From: Octopus vulgaris | Lineage: Eukaryota | DNA length: 64,000 bases | Direction: 5' to 3' | NCBI GenBank assembly: GCA_951406725.2 | Contig: OX597827.1 | Span: forward strand, 74,958,001-75,022,000 | In this document: positions 43,601 through 57,800 of the stretch, piece by piece | How the letters are laid out: the number at the start of each line of letters is the position of its first letter | Position numbering within the stretch: position 1 is the first letter of the stretch | Translations under genes and position numbers: made by a program | The notes under the pieces: model-generated | The model's database searches: none | What the model was told of the DNA's origin: nothing | What the model saw: the letters and a program-made list of their open reading frames with translations, nothing else

Positions 43601-44417
43601 TCACCAGTAATGTCTTTCGGGAGCATATTTAACCCCACCTGTATTCTTCTTTTCTACCATGGATTTTTTTTCTTTTGTCACTCCCATTATATATCTTTTT
43701 CTTGACATCATCATCTACATTTTCTGCTACAGCAATACTTGCTGCCTTGATCAAATTTTTTGTTTCTGTAATGTTTTTTTGTTCTCGTGTATTTCAGAAT
43801 TTCATGTCTCTCATCGAGCAAGTTATCACTGTTCCTTTCCTGTGGTTTATTAGATATCTCACCTCTGCTTTCTACTACGAGATTACTTTTATCAGTATGA
43901 ACAGCATTTTCATCGTTTCCTCTACTGCTGTTTCCCAATACCCGTCTTTTGATAGCTTTGAGCAATACTTCCGAGAACCAACGATTTTTTCTTATTTCCC
44001 TATCTTGATCACATAATCTCTGTTCCGTGTATTGAAACTATCCTCTCTCTCTTCCTTGATCATACGTAAGTTGTCGGTATTCCCTAATATATGAAAACCA
44101 TTTTCATCTACACGGTTGCTCAGGTAGTAACATTCCATGACCACAGCATTGATTTGTTAGTTCCATCTACTCTGTGTGGTCGGATCCCTTGCTGGATAAC
44201 GACAGGCTGGAGTCGGACCAGTAGCTCTGAGCCTGCCAGGTGCAACGCTGTCACAATCATGGATTTCAGTTTCATTACTACCGTTATTCACAATATTTTT
44301 CATCGTCACTCATATGAGATAGCGATTATCAGATTGCACATTTACCAGTGTTTTTATTGTGACCCCCATCACTAGATGTACCATCAATCAGGACATGGGA
44401 AGTTTCCAATCGCTTCC

Positions 44418-44468
<51 letters not shown>

Positions 44469-45773
44469 GTTTTTTTCCTTCTTTCTTCAAATTTTCTATC
44501 GTTTCTCGCCGAGTGTTTTCCATACACCTAGAGCAGAGAAGGGCATTGTATGCATTCCCAGATTACACGCGCAAATTCACAGATAAAATATGTATTTAAA
44601 AATTAATAAATAAATAAATTCATGGATGGATGTTATATTCACAACGATAGTGCTCTTCTCAGTAGATAAGCCGTTCCAGTTAATACAATTTTTTGCACTT
44701 CCTGTAGGGATGGTAAACCTGGAATCATTTTCAAATAGGTTTCAGTACCTTTTTTTATCATTCCTAGAGATCCTACAATCACTGGTACTGTAGTCGTCTT
44801 GAGATGCCACATTTTTTCAATTTCCATTAGCAGGTCTTTATATTTACTAATCTTCTCAGATTCTTTCGCCGCTATATTGTGATCACAGGGAATACTCATA
44901 TCAATTAATAAACACATCCTTTGTGTCTGATCTTTTATAATGATATCCGGTTTATTAGCTTTTATAGTCCTGTCGGTCTGCATGGGAAAGACCCATAGAA
45001 TCGACACGTTTTCTCCCTCAGTCACAGCTTCAGGATGATGTTTATACCATTTGTCAGCGGTTTTGATTTTGTAATGCCGACATATTGTCCAGTGTAAATA
45101 CTGGCCTACTCTTTCATGTCTTGCTTTATATTCTGCAGATGCTAAGACTCTACACCCTGAGATTAGGTGGTCTATTGTTTCAATCACATCATTACAGAAT
45201 CGGCATTTTGTGTCAGCTCCATTTTTCATCACATTGGCTTGGTAGTTCCGGGTAAAAAGGCTTTGGTCTTCAGCAGCTAATATGAAACCTTCACTCTCTG
45301 CTTTTAGCCCTGAACTTCGTAACCATTGGTGCATGTGTTTCTGGTCGACATCAGCTTGTTTGCTACGGGCCACATACTTGCCATGGAAAGGTTTCTGTTC
45401 CCATCTGCTAGCTAAATTTTCATGTGCTTTTGTCTTTGCAATTAATTTTATTTAATTACAGCTGCAGTTGGCGCATTTCCTTCAGCCTGCTCAATCTGGT
45501 GGGTATCTAAGGGATCAGCAGTGAATTTTTTGCTCTCTTTGAGAATAGAGTGAAGTTTTTTAGGCCTTTCATGTTTTTCAACAAGTTTTAGCATCCAATC
45601 GTTGGTTGCTTCAAGGTATTTGGCCAATCCGATTGTGGTGGTTTTGTATGTAAGTTCAAGCTGGATCAAACATCGACCTCCCTGAGCTCTGGGAAGGTAA
45701 AGGCGATCCACGTCTGCCTTTGGATGGTGCATCTTATTACAAGTTAGTAGCTTGTGGATTTTCCTGCCAATTT

Positions 45774-45817
<44 letters not shown>

Positions 45818-48800
45818 GAGTGAGAGAGCAGTGCATGCCATCAAAGTGACACTGGGGTAAAATATACGAAGCCCAGTATACCCATCATGACTACCCGTCT
45901 GATAAGGGTACACCAGGCACATGCATTCCAACTATATGTGCGCAAGATGGTGATCTCATATCAAGATAAACAGCGCATTACCTTGCAGGTGGGGCACAGT
46001 TAGAATTTTCTACTGGTCGAGTAACCCATCCCGCTCAAAAGGTCTCTGAATAAAGGTTGTTTAAGGATGTTGAACAAAACACCCTTTCTACTTTTCTTAG
46101 CCACTCTGCGCTTTCTTTATATCTCGCCGGATTCTTCTACAGTCTTCCTCCAAATTCTTTACTTTCTTCCGCATGTCAAATCAGTTCTTAATGTTGGCAT
46201 CCCTCTGTTTCCTCATATAGATGTCTTCTATTTTATTGGATCAGTCTATGCTATTCGAAACCTTTGCATTTATCATCATTTTTTTTTATTAATTTGGCTT
46301 TTTTTTGTGTCAATTCTTCCATCCGTTTCATATTCTTCCTGTTTTACCCTTTCATTACCGCTCTCTGCTACCGTTGTTTCACTCTCCTTCTGCTAATTTA
46401 TTATTATGTTTATCTGAATTTCTTCAATCTCTACTGCCATAACCCAGTCGTCCCCACACATTACTCTTGTTTAGTCTATCAGTCACAGGGCGGATACTTC
46501 AAAGCCTCCTTTCTTCATCCAAATATTCTCTTTATTTGATTCATGAAGCCTCTTTTATTTGGCTCACTTCTCAGCCAGTATTCGATTACTATTTAGTTTA
46601 CTTCTTTTCCCCCATTTCATTCTTTTTATTTTGCACTTTTGACTGCGACTTTGGTCCTGACCAATAGCTTGATGACAATCTGCCAGAACTTGACCAGATA
46701 CTCCCTGCCTGCCGAGCGCGACATCTTTACCGTTTACAGTTCCAATCCTGTTAGTGCAGTTGTGGTTATTATTTAATTTTGACATCACTCATTTAGAGGT
46801 ACCATTTGTAAGATTGTGCAACCACCAGTATTTTTATTGTGACACCATCACTAGGTGAGTTGCTAGTCAAGGCTCTGAGAGTCCACATCTACCCTCGTGT
46901 ACAGTTTTTAGTGTCATTCTTGTTCATTCCAACGTTTTATATTTTTATATTTGACATTTTCACTTTAGCAGCAATGAGAAACTGGACGCTGAAGAAAGTA
47001 GGAGTTTTTAGAGTAACATCTGAGATAATGGAAGAAATCACCAGAAAGATGCTTGAAAGAATTAAGATCCGAGAAAATTTAAATGGAACAGAGCAGTATA
47101 CGAATATCAACTGAAATGGTGACCGAGAAGACAACAATGATCTCAAACTGGAAGTGTCCTGGCTCGGATGGGGTACAAAGGTAATGGCTGGATAATTTCC
47201 CAGAATTATACAAAAGAATAGATATGCAAATGGATAAAATGATCAACAACAGGGTATAAATCCCAAAATGCATTGCCACAGGGAAAACAGCTCTTTACCA
47301 AAAAGGACTCCAGTAAATGTAATGCAGTGGAAAATTACCGGCCATTCTCCTGCTTACTACTGATTTGGAAGTTGATGTCAGGAATGTAACTAACTGTGCG
47401 TATGACATGCTGAAAATAACTGACAAGCTGCCAGTGGAACAGCAGAGATGCACATAGGCATTGATATGTAGTACCCAGGAACAAACCCTGAGAAATAATT
47501 ACTCCAAGGTCCAAATAGACAAGAACAATGAATCGCTCCTTTGTGGGTTTATGGCATCAAAAAAACGAAATAATCTCACATATTGTGAGTGAATTTAGCA
47601 AACTAATCCAAAAAGAATACAAAAAGAGGCACGATAACAGGGCTAAGTTTGTTCACTAGAGATTGCATGAGAAGTATGGTCTTGAAAGAACACAGACAAA
47701 GCCTGTTAAAATATAGTAGGCTACTATAGAACAACACACAGAAAATACTAAAGGCAGTGAATAGAGAGCAGGTGGTCAAATGTGGAAATAGGAGGAAAAG
47801 ACGAAAATGATATTCAAAGAGAGCATTATAAACAGATTGAAAAGAAACCTCTGCATGGTCAGTATTTGAAAGCCACTGAAGATGTACGTGAAACAAAAAT
47901 CTGGGCTTCATTAAAAACAAAAGGGCATTTAAAAAAAGAAACAGAGTTCCTTTTAAAGCAGCTGAAGATAAAGCTATAAAAACAAATAATTTGAAAAAAA
48001 ATATGTGTATGGGGAGGTGTCAGCAAAATGTAAAGTGTGAGGTATTTGAGATAAAACAATGGTGCACATTGTTGCAGAATATCCCAGGTTGGCTCATACA
48101 GAATATACGAAATGGAGACATGACCAAGTATTGCAAGTTTTTCACTGGGCGCTTCATCAGAAATGGGGATTTGAAGCTCAAAGTACTTGGTATCACCATT
48201 GGGTTGAGAGGGTGCTTGAGTCGGAGAAAGCAAGATTTTATGGGATTTTCCCATTCAAACAGATAAGAAGCTAGGAAATAATAAACCAGATATAACAATA
48301 ATAGACAAGGAAAGGCAAAGTTGCTTACTAATTGATCCATCGTGTCCGTTCGATTCCAGGATTGTTAAGAAAGAAGAAAAACATTTTAATATCCAATCCT
48401 TTAAAATTTGAAATTGCAAGAATTTGGAGCATGAAATATGTACAGGTTGTGTCTGCAATAATTGGTGCATTAGGATCTGGGAGTAAGGATATAGATGAAT
48501 GGTTGGAAGAGATTGGAATAGAATGTCCTGAAGAGCTTCCACAGAGAGTTTGCCTCTTAGGGACAGGAAAGATTATCAGAAGGGTTTTCAGCACTTGAAA
48601 GATTAACGAAAGCTTGAGGATATATAAAGTTACTGGTAGTAACCCATTACCCACATAAATTCTAGCAAGAATAAGAACGAACCTGAGTCAAATAATATCT
48701 TTTATTATTACAGGAACAACAAAAGAGTCGATTTCGCAAGGACAAATTAGAAAGCGAAACAAAAAATATACTTGAAAAGAAAATCCTCAAGAGAGTAGGT

Positions 48801-51800
48801 TGACGGGGTAATTTTCAGTCAAATGAGGAAAAGAATTACACTAGGCCAATCACAGAAGGCCAGATAAATTCTGTCAGGTGAAGTCCTAACATAAAATTCG
48901 TCCATAAGTGATTTGAACTAAATATATTCACTTTGAAATTACTTCATAATTCCAATGGTATAATCAGTTGTTTCATACTCACATGCTTGACAGTTTATAC
49001 CCTGATATCCAGCAACACATCCATGAGCACACTGACCATATATTGGGTTGCAACTGTCGTCATTACAATGACAGGTTTTACTACAGTTATCTCCATATGT
49101 GCCTTTAGGGCATGCTGAAAAAAACCCAGAAGAAACACATTTTAACTTACGAATTTATTGTTGCCTTTTAAATATCAGTAACAGAATATTACTGGCATCA
49201 TAGTCGACGCCAGCTGAAGGCAGAAACATATTCTCTTGCAAATTTCACAGAGATTTCCTGAAGCTTCCAGATGGTTTGTTTCATTCACAAGGCTTGAATC
49301 AAACCAGGACTTTCACAGAAGATATTTGCCAAACTTTTTTTGCATCGAAATCGAACCTTAAACAAGCTAAACTAGCTTCTTAATAAATCAACCAACCCAA
49401 AACTTTGTAAAGTCAAAAACTTTAACCAACAGAAATCTAAAAATGTATAAGACAGACGACTATTTCAAACAATTAGTTAGATGTCTTCAGGCACACAATC
49501 TTCTGCCATCTCCCTCCTTAGTACACGCTGTGCGACTCTTGCATACTTTGTTATCTTCCCTGTTAGCACACGTTCTTCGCCCATGTTAGTATACTATGTA
49601 GTCAACGTTGATAATACATGTTATTACTTCCCTTGTCATCACAAGTTGCCGTTCCCCTGTGATGTACCCCTTGCTGTACCCCTTGTTAGTATACTTTGTT
49701 ATGTTGTTAGCTTAGGCTGTTGTTTCTCTAGTTTGTATATCTTGTTGTCTCCCTTGTTTTTATATTTTGTTGAAAAAGCAAGTACATTGTTAGTACACTG
49801 TTCCATGTCACACACAGTACTGTCACCCTTGTTGGTAATCTTTGCTATATCTTGTATTAGCATCTCAGAATACATAACTAAAAAGAGCAACAATTGCAAT
49901 ACACAATGACAACAGAAAGCAAACGTTATTAACCTTCTTTACAAGTGCCTGACGTGAAACCAGGTGGACATCCATGTGGGCATTTTCCAGTGACTCTGTC
50001 GCACACGTCATTATTTCGACAGCTGCATTCCGAATTACAGCCAGTACCATACTTTCCACCAGGACACTCTGAAAAGAACAACTTCTTTTAATATTCACCA
50101 GATTTGACGTTACACAGACTCTGTTAAAGTTTAAATATCAGATTCACTTTACCGACTACATGAATTAAGAATTAGAAGAGACAAGTTAAAAGCTACCGAA
50201 AGAATTATGTGAAGGATTTTCTTACGATGCCATTTATCAAATGCTGTTTCTGTTATTGCAGAGTTCAGTTTAAAATCAGATACGATGAGCATATCTATAA
50301 TAGTTGATCGAAAGAGTAATTGCAAGTCACAGATCTATTACACTTGATATACGAAGCCTTCACCACTTGGTGGGCCTTTGCACTAATACATGCTGAATAT
50401 GAATTATTGTCAGTTGGGACATGTGTTTTTTTTTTTGCCCAGTCAATTTTTTGTATGCTTGTCGATCCAAGTGATGAACTCCTCGAGGACAAATGTGAAA
50501 TCTAGAGAGCGCTTAAGGTGGTTCTTGGAGTTGTTTGGCCCCAAAACAATGACCACCCAGCTTATTTTCAGAGTGTATACAGTATTTGAATAGCTAAATT
50601 ATCTTATGTATTCTTTCTTTGTATAAGAGGGTAGTGTGTTGTTTGAGGAAGATTTGGCTACTATTTCTTGCAGGTCAGGATTGTGTGTGTGTGTGTTTCC
50701 CTGGATGGATATTCTCTTCAGAATAGTGTTGAAATTATTGTTGCTTCGACCACTGTTAGCCTTGATCAGATATCTAAGGTATTCCGTCATTCGCTGTTGG
50801 TTTTAAGTGTAAAATATCTTTTTAAGATGGAGAATGCAATTTGAATGGCATTTGGCTGCTATTTTTAACAAATCAATCAATCCTACAAAATTTCTTTCGT
50901 GGTCCTTTGGTGTTGTAGCAGTGTTGGATTGTGTAACAGATATGTTTGAAGGAGTATGAGAGATTGATATTGCAGTAGTTGTGAAGGCGTTGTATATGCA
51001 AATGTTTGCTAATGGAGTTATAGAGATTGTAAGGGTTAGATTTTGCTGTACCAACACAATTTGTTCTTCGCTAGCTTTGGAGTGATTTAATTTTTAGGGT
51101 TCACTTAGAATGAGGAATGAAAGTAACATATGATAGTGATGCATATCTGTTATTGGAAGTTATGTGCAGTTTAAGATTAAAAGGAATGGGTAGAGTTCGG
51201 ACCTTTGTGGTAACTATACTGAATTTCTCTTATATTTCATGGCTTGAATATTTTAAAAATCTTTACTCTTATCTAAACATATATTTTGAGTAACTACTAT
51301 ACCAATAGTTGCCCCTGTTAAGTACTACTCAACAAAATCGCATATGTCTGCTTATAAACTGTCCGCTCTACAAGTCAGACACTCAGACTTCAGAAATCTG
51401 ATCCTTTTCTTCCAAACACTTGGCGGATTAAACTATCTTCTAATCTCTGTCATTAACTCTTTGTTGATTGATCCATTATCTCCAATTTGACAACGAAATT
51501 AGGAGAGGTGTTTTATTTCTTCGGAAACTGACCTTCTCTGATGTCTAAATTTACTTTTCTTTACTATATATGAACTTCTCTATTTTACGAATTTTAATAA
51601 TCTTGTAATAATACCCAAACTGGGCGTTGCAATACAATGATTTACCTTGAGGTGTAATTAGATGTGCCACGATAATAATACAATATTTTAAAGCAGAAAA
51701 GACAAAATGATGTACTTAATATAAAGTACTTCCTTTATTTACTAGCATTACATGTAAAAAAAAATTGATTGAAGAAGAAATAAGGTACATTTATCTTTAA

Positions 51801-54800
51801 TAAATTCAAACATTGAAATATATTGATAAAAATATNNNNNNNNNNNNNNNNNNNNNNNNNNNNNNNNNNNNNNNNNNNNNNNNNNNNNNNNNNNNNNNNN
51901 NNNNNNNNNNNNNNNNNNNNNNNNNNNNNNNNNNNTCCTGTTCGGTGTCATGTATTTTTATTCGTTTTTAAGTAACCCCACCTGTATTCTTCTACATTTT
52001 TTGCTACCATGGATTTTTTTTCTTTTTGTCACTGCCCATTGATATATCTTGTTTCTGTAATGTAATGACTTTCGGGAGCATACTTAACCCCACCTGTATT
52101 CTTCTTTTCTACCATGGATTTTTTTTCTTTTGTCACTCCCATTATATATCTTTTTCTTGACATCATCATCTACATTTTCTGCTACAGCAATACTTGCTGC
52201 CTTGATCAAATTTTTGTTTCTGTAATGTTTTTTTGTTCTCGTGTATTTCAGAATTTCATGTCTCTCATCGAGCAAGTTATCACTGTTCCTTTCCTGTGGT
52301 TTATTAGAGATCTCACCTCTGCTTTCTACTATGAGATTACTTTTATCAGTAAGAACAGCATTTTCATCGTTTCCTCTACTGCTGTTTCCCAATACCCGTC
52401 TTTTGATAGCTTCGAGCTATACTTCCGGGAACCAACGATTTTTTTTCTTATTTCTCTATCTTGATCACATAATCTCTGTTCTGTGTATTGAAACTATCCT
52501 CTCTCTTTCTTTGATCATACATAAGTTGTCGGTATCCCCTAATATATGAACAATATTTTCGTCTACAGGGTTAGGGTTGCTCAGGTAGTAACATTCCATG
52601 ACCACAGCATTGATTTGTTAGTTCCATCTAATCTGTGTGGTCGGATCCCTTGCTGGATAACGACAGGCTGGAGTCAGGCCTGTAGCTCTGAGCCTGCCAA
52701 GTGCAACGCTGTCACAATCATGGATTTCAGTTTCATTACTACCATTATTCACAATATTTTTCATCGTCACTCATATGAGATAGCGATTATCAGATTGCAC
52801 AATTACCAGTGTTTTTATTGTGACCCCATCACTAGATGTACCATCAATCAGGACATGGGAAGTTTCCAATCGCTAAGCAGCTAATATGAAACCTTCACTC
52901 TCTGCTTTTAGCCCTGAACTTCGTAACCATTGGTGCGTGTGTTTCTGGTCGATATCAGCTTGTTTGCTACAGGCCACATACTTGCCATGGAAAGGTTTCG
53001 GTTCCCATCTGCTAGCTAAATTTTCATGTGCTTTTGTCTTTGCAATTAATTTTATTTTCTTTGCAGCTGTAGTTGGCGCATTTCCTTCAGCCTGCTCAAT
53101 CTGGTGGGTATCTAAGAGATCAGCAGCAAATTTTTTGCTCTCTTTGAGAATAGAATGAATTTTTTTAGGCCTTTCATGTTTTTCAACAAGTTTTAGCATC
53201 CAATCGTTGGTTGCTTCAAGGTATTTGGACAGTCCAATTGTTGTGGTTTTGTATGTAAGTTCAAGCTGGATCAAACCTCGACCTCCCTGAGCTCTGGGAA
53301 GGTAAAGGCGATCCACGTCTGCCTTTGGATGGTGCATCTTATTACAAGTCAGTAGCTTGCGGATTTTCCTGTCAATTTTCATCATTATTAGTATTATTAT
53401 TATTATTGAGTGAGAGAGCAGTGCATGCCATCAAAGTGACACTGGGGTAAAATATACGAAGCCCAGTATACCCATCATGACTACCCGTCTGATAAAGGTA
53501 CACCAGGCACATACATCACAACTATATGTGCGCAACATGGTGATCTCATATCAAGATAAACAGCGCATTACCTTGCAGGTGGGGCACAGTTAGAATTTTC
53601 TTCTGGTCGAGTAACACATCCCACTCAAAAGGTCTCTGAATAAAGGTTGTTTAAGGATGTTGAACAAAACACCCTTTCTAGTTTTGTTAGCCACTCTGCG
53701 CTTTCTTTATATCTCGCCGGCTTTTTCTACAGTCTTCCTCCAAATTCTTTACTTTCTTCCGCATCTCAAATCAGTTCTTAGTGTTGGCGTCCCTCTGTTT
53801 CCTCATATAGATGCCTTCTATTTTATTGGAACAGTCTATGCTATTCGAAACCTTTGCATTTATCATCATTTTTTTTATTAATTTGGCTTTTTTTTGTGTC
53901 AATTCTTCCATCCGTTTCATATTCTTCCTGTTTTACCCTTTCATTACCGCTCTCTGCTACCGTTGTTTCACTCTCCTTCTGCTAATTTATTATTATGTTT
54001 CTCTGAATTTCTTCAATCTCTACTGCCATAACCCAGTCGTCCCCACATATTACTCTTATTAGTCTATCAGTCACAGGGCGGATGCTTCAAAGCCTCCTTT
54101 CTTCATCCAAATATTCTCTTTATTTGATTCATGAAGCCTCTTTTATTTGGCTCACTTCTCAGCCAGTATTCGATTACTATTTAGTTTACTTCTTTTCGCA
54201 TTTCATTCTTTTTATTTTGCACTTTTGACTGCGACTTTGGTCCTGACCAATAGCTTGATGACAATCTGCCAGAACTTGACCAGATACTCCCTGCCTGCCG
54301 AGCGCGACATCTTTACCTTTTACATTTCCAGTCCTGTTAGTGCAGTTGTGGTTACTATTTAATTTTGACATCACTCATTTAGAGGTACCATTTGTAAGAT
54401 TGTGCAACCACCAGTATTTTTATTGTGACACCATCACTAGGTGAGTTGCTAGTCAAGGCTCCGATAGTCCACATCAACCCTCGTGTACAGTGTTTAGTGT
54501 CATTCTTGTTCATTCCAATGTTTTATATTTTTATATTTGACATTTTCACTCCTGGGAATTTTTGTTAAGGCGGCTAGCTGGTAGAGTCGTTAGCACGTTG
54601 GACGAAATGCTTAATAGTATTTCACCCATCGTTACATTCTGAGTTCAAATTCCATCGAGATCGACTTTGCCTTTCCTGCTTTCAGGGTTGATAAATTAAG
54701 AACCAGCGGAGACACTGGGGTCGATGTATTCGACTGGTCCCCTCCCCAAAACTTCAGGCCTTGTGCCTTTACTAGAAAAAGATAATTGTTGTTGTTGTTT

Positions 54801-57800
54801 TTGTTATCTCAACTGAATCACAAGTGTCGAATCGTCGTGAGACTAAACCAGCAACTCCCACAGAACCTGCTCTGTGGAGAGTGTATTTTTCTTGCTATTT
54901 GCTAACCCTTCAGGATGAAATACAAGCCTGTTGAAGAGTAGATGAACTCAGGGGAGTCAGCGGTCACCTACACAGCAACTTTTCATTAGTTGTGCATCCG
55001 ATTAGATCATTACCGCTCAGAGTACTGGGTTGGTGTACAATGCAAATAGCTTACTTAAACTTTCAAAGGTAATGGCTGGAAAATTTCCCAGAATTATACA
55101 AAAGAATAGATATGCAAATGGATAAAATGATCAACAACAGGGTATAAATCCCAAAATGCATTACCACAGGGAAAATAGCTCTTTACCAAAGACGACTCCA
55201 GTAAATGTAATGCAGTGGAAAATTACCGGCCATTCTCCTACTTACTACTGATTTGGAATTTGATGTCAGGAATGTAACTAACTGTGCGTATGACATGCTG
55301 AAAATAACTGACAAGCTGCCAGTGGAACAGCAGAGATGCACATAGGCATTGATATGTAGTACCCAGGAACAAACGCTGAGAAATAATTACTCCAAGGTCC
55401 AAATAGACAAGAACAATGAATCGCTCCTTTGTGGGTTTATGGCATCAAAAAAACGAAATAATCTCACATATTGTGAGTGAATTTAGCAAACTAATCCAAA
55501 AGGAATACAAAAAGAGGCACGATAACAGGGCTAAGTTTGTTCACTAGATATTGCATGAGAAGTATGGTCTTGAAAGAACACAGACAAAGCCTGCTAAAAT
55601 ATAGTAGACTACTATAGAACAACACACAGAAAATACTAAAGGCAGTGAATAGAGAGCAGGTGGTCAAATGTGGAAATAGGAGGAAAAGACGAAAATGATA
55701 TTCAAAGAGAGCATTATAAACAGATTGAAAAAAAAATCTGCATGGTCAGTATTTGAAAGCCACTGAAGATGTACGTGAAACAAAAATCTGGGCTTCATTA
55801 AAAACAAAAGGGCATTTAAAAAAGAAACAGAGTGCCTTGTTAAAACAGCTGAAGATAAAGCAATAAAAACAAATAATTTGAAAAAATATGTGTATGGGGA
55901 GGTGTCAGCAAAATGTAAAGTGTGAGGTATTTGAGATAAAACAATGGTGCACATTGTTGCAGAATATCCCAGGTTGGCTCATACAGAATATACGAAATGG
56001 AGACATGACCAAGTATTGCAAGTTTTTCACTGGGCGCTTCATCAGAAATGGGGATTTGAAGCTCAAAGTACTTGGTATCACCATTGGGTTGAGAGGGTGC
56101 TTGAGTCGGAGAAAGCAAGATTTTATGGGATTTTCCCATTCAAACAGATAAGAAGCTAGGAAACAGTAAACCAGATATAACAATAATAGACAAGGAAAGG
56201 CGAAGTTGCTTACTAATTGATCCATCGTGTCCGTTCGATTCCAGGATTGTTAAGAAAGAAGAAAAACATTTTAAAATCCAATCCTTTAAAATTTGCAATT
56301 GCGAGAATTTGGAGCATGAAATATGTAAAGGTTGTTCCTGCAATAATTGGTGCATTAGGATCTGGGAGTAAGGATATAGATGAATGGTTGGGAGAGATTG
56401 GAATAGAATGTCCTGAAGAGCTTCCACAGAGAGTTTGCCTCTTATGGACAGGAAAAATTATCAGAAGGGTTTTCAGCACTTGAAAGATTAACGAAAGCTT
56501 GAGGATATATAAAGTTACTGGTAGTAACCCATTACCCACATAAATTCTAGCAAGAATAAGAACGAACCTGAGTCAAATAATATCTTTTATTGTTAGAGGA
56601 ACAACAAAAGAGTCGATTTCGCAAGGACAAATTAGAAAGCGAAACAAAAAATATACTTGAAAAGAAAATCCTCAAGAGAGTAGGTTGGCGGGGTAATTTT
56701 CAGTCAAATGAGGAAAAGAATTACACTAGGCCAATCACAGAAGGCCAGATAAATTCTGGCAGGTGAAGTCCTAACATAAAATTCGTCCATAAGTGATTTG
56801 AACTAAATATATTCACTTTGAAATTACTTCATAATTCCAATGGTATAATCAGTTGTTTCATACTCACATTCTTGACAGCTTTTACCCCGATATCCAGCAA
56901 CACATCCATGAGCACAAGTACCATATGCTGGGTTGCAACTGTCGTCAATACAATGACACTGTTTATGACATTTATCTCCAAATGTGCCTTTAGGGCATAC
57001 TGAAAAAAATAACAGAAGAAACACGTTTTAACTTACGAATTTATTGTTGCCTTTTAAATATCAGTAACACAATACTACTGGCATCATAGTCAACGCCAAC
57101 TCAAGACAGAACCATATTCTTTTGCAAATTTCACAGAGATTTCCTGAAGCTTCCAGATGGTTTGTTTCATTCACAAGGCTTGAATCAAACCAGGACTTTC
57201 ACAGAAGATATTTGCCAAACGTTTTTTGCATCGAAATCGAACCTTAAACAAGCTAAACTAGCTTCTTAATGAATCAACCAACCCAAAACTTTGTAAAGTC
57301 AAAAACTTTAACCAACAGAAATCTAAGAATGTATAAGACAGACGACTATTTCAAGCAATTAGTTAGATGTCTTCAGGCACACAATCTTCTGCCATCTCCC
57401 TCCTTAGTACACGCTGTGCGACTCTTGCATACTTTGTTATCTTTCCTGTTAGCACACGTTCTTCGCCCATGTTAGTATACTATGTAGTCAACGTTGACAA
57501 TACATGTTATTACTTCCCTTGTCATCACAAGTTGTCGTTCCCTCTGATGTACCCCTTGCTGTACCCCTTGTTAGTATACTTTGTTATGTTGTTAGCTTAG
57601 GCTGTTGTTTCTCTAGTTTGTATATCTTCTTGTCTCCCTTGTTTTTATATTTTGCTGAAAAAGCAAGTACATTGTTAGTACACTGTTCCATGTCACACAC
57701 AGTACTGTCACCCTTGTTGGTAATCTTTGCTATATCTTGTATTAGCATCTCAGAATACATAACTAAAAAGAACAACAATTGCAATACACAATGACAACAG

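Larger units (their letters stand above)
39244..51835. repeat. Tandem unit copy 3 (partial, ends at the gap)
   Basis: Collinear with copy 1 positions ~1-13400. Confidence 0.95.
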
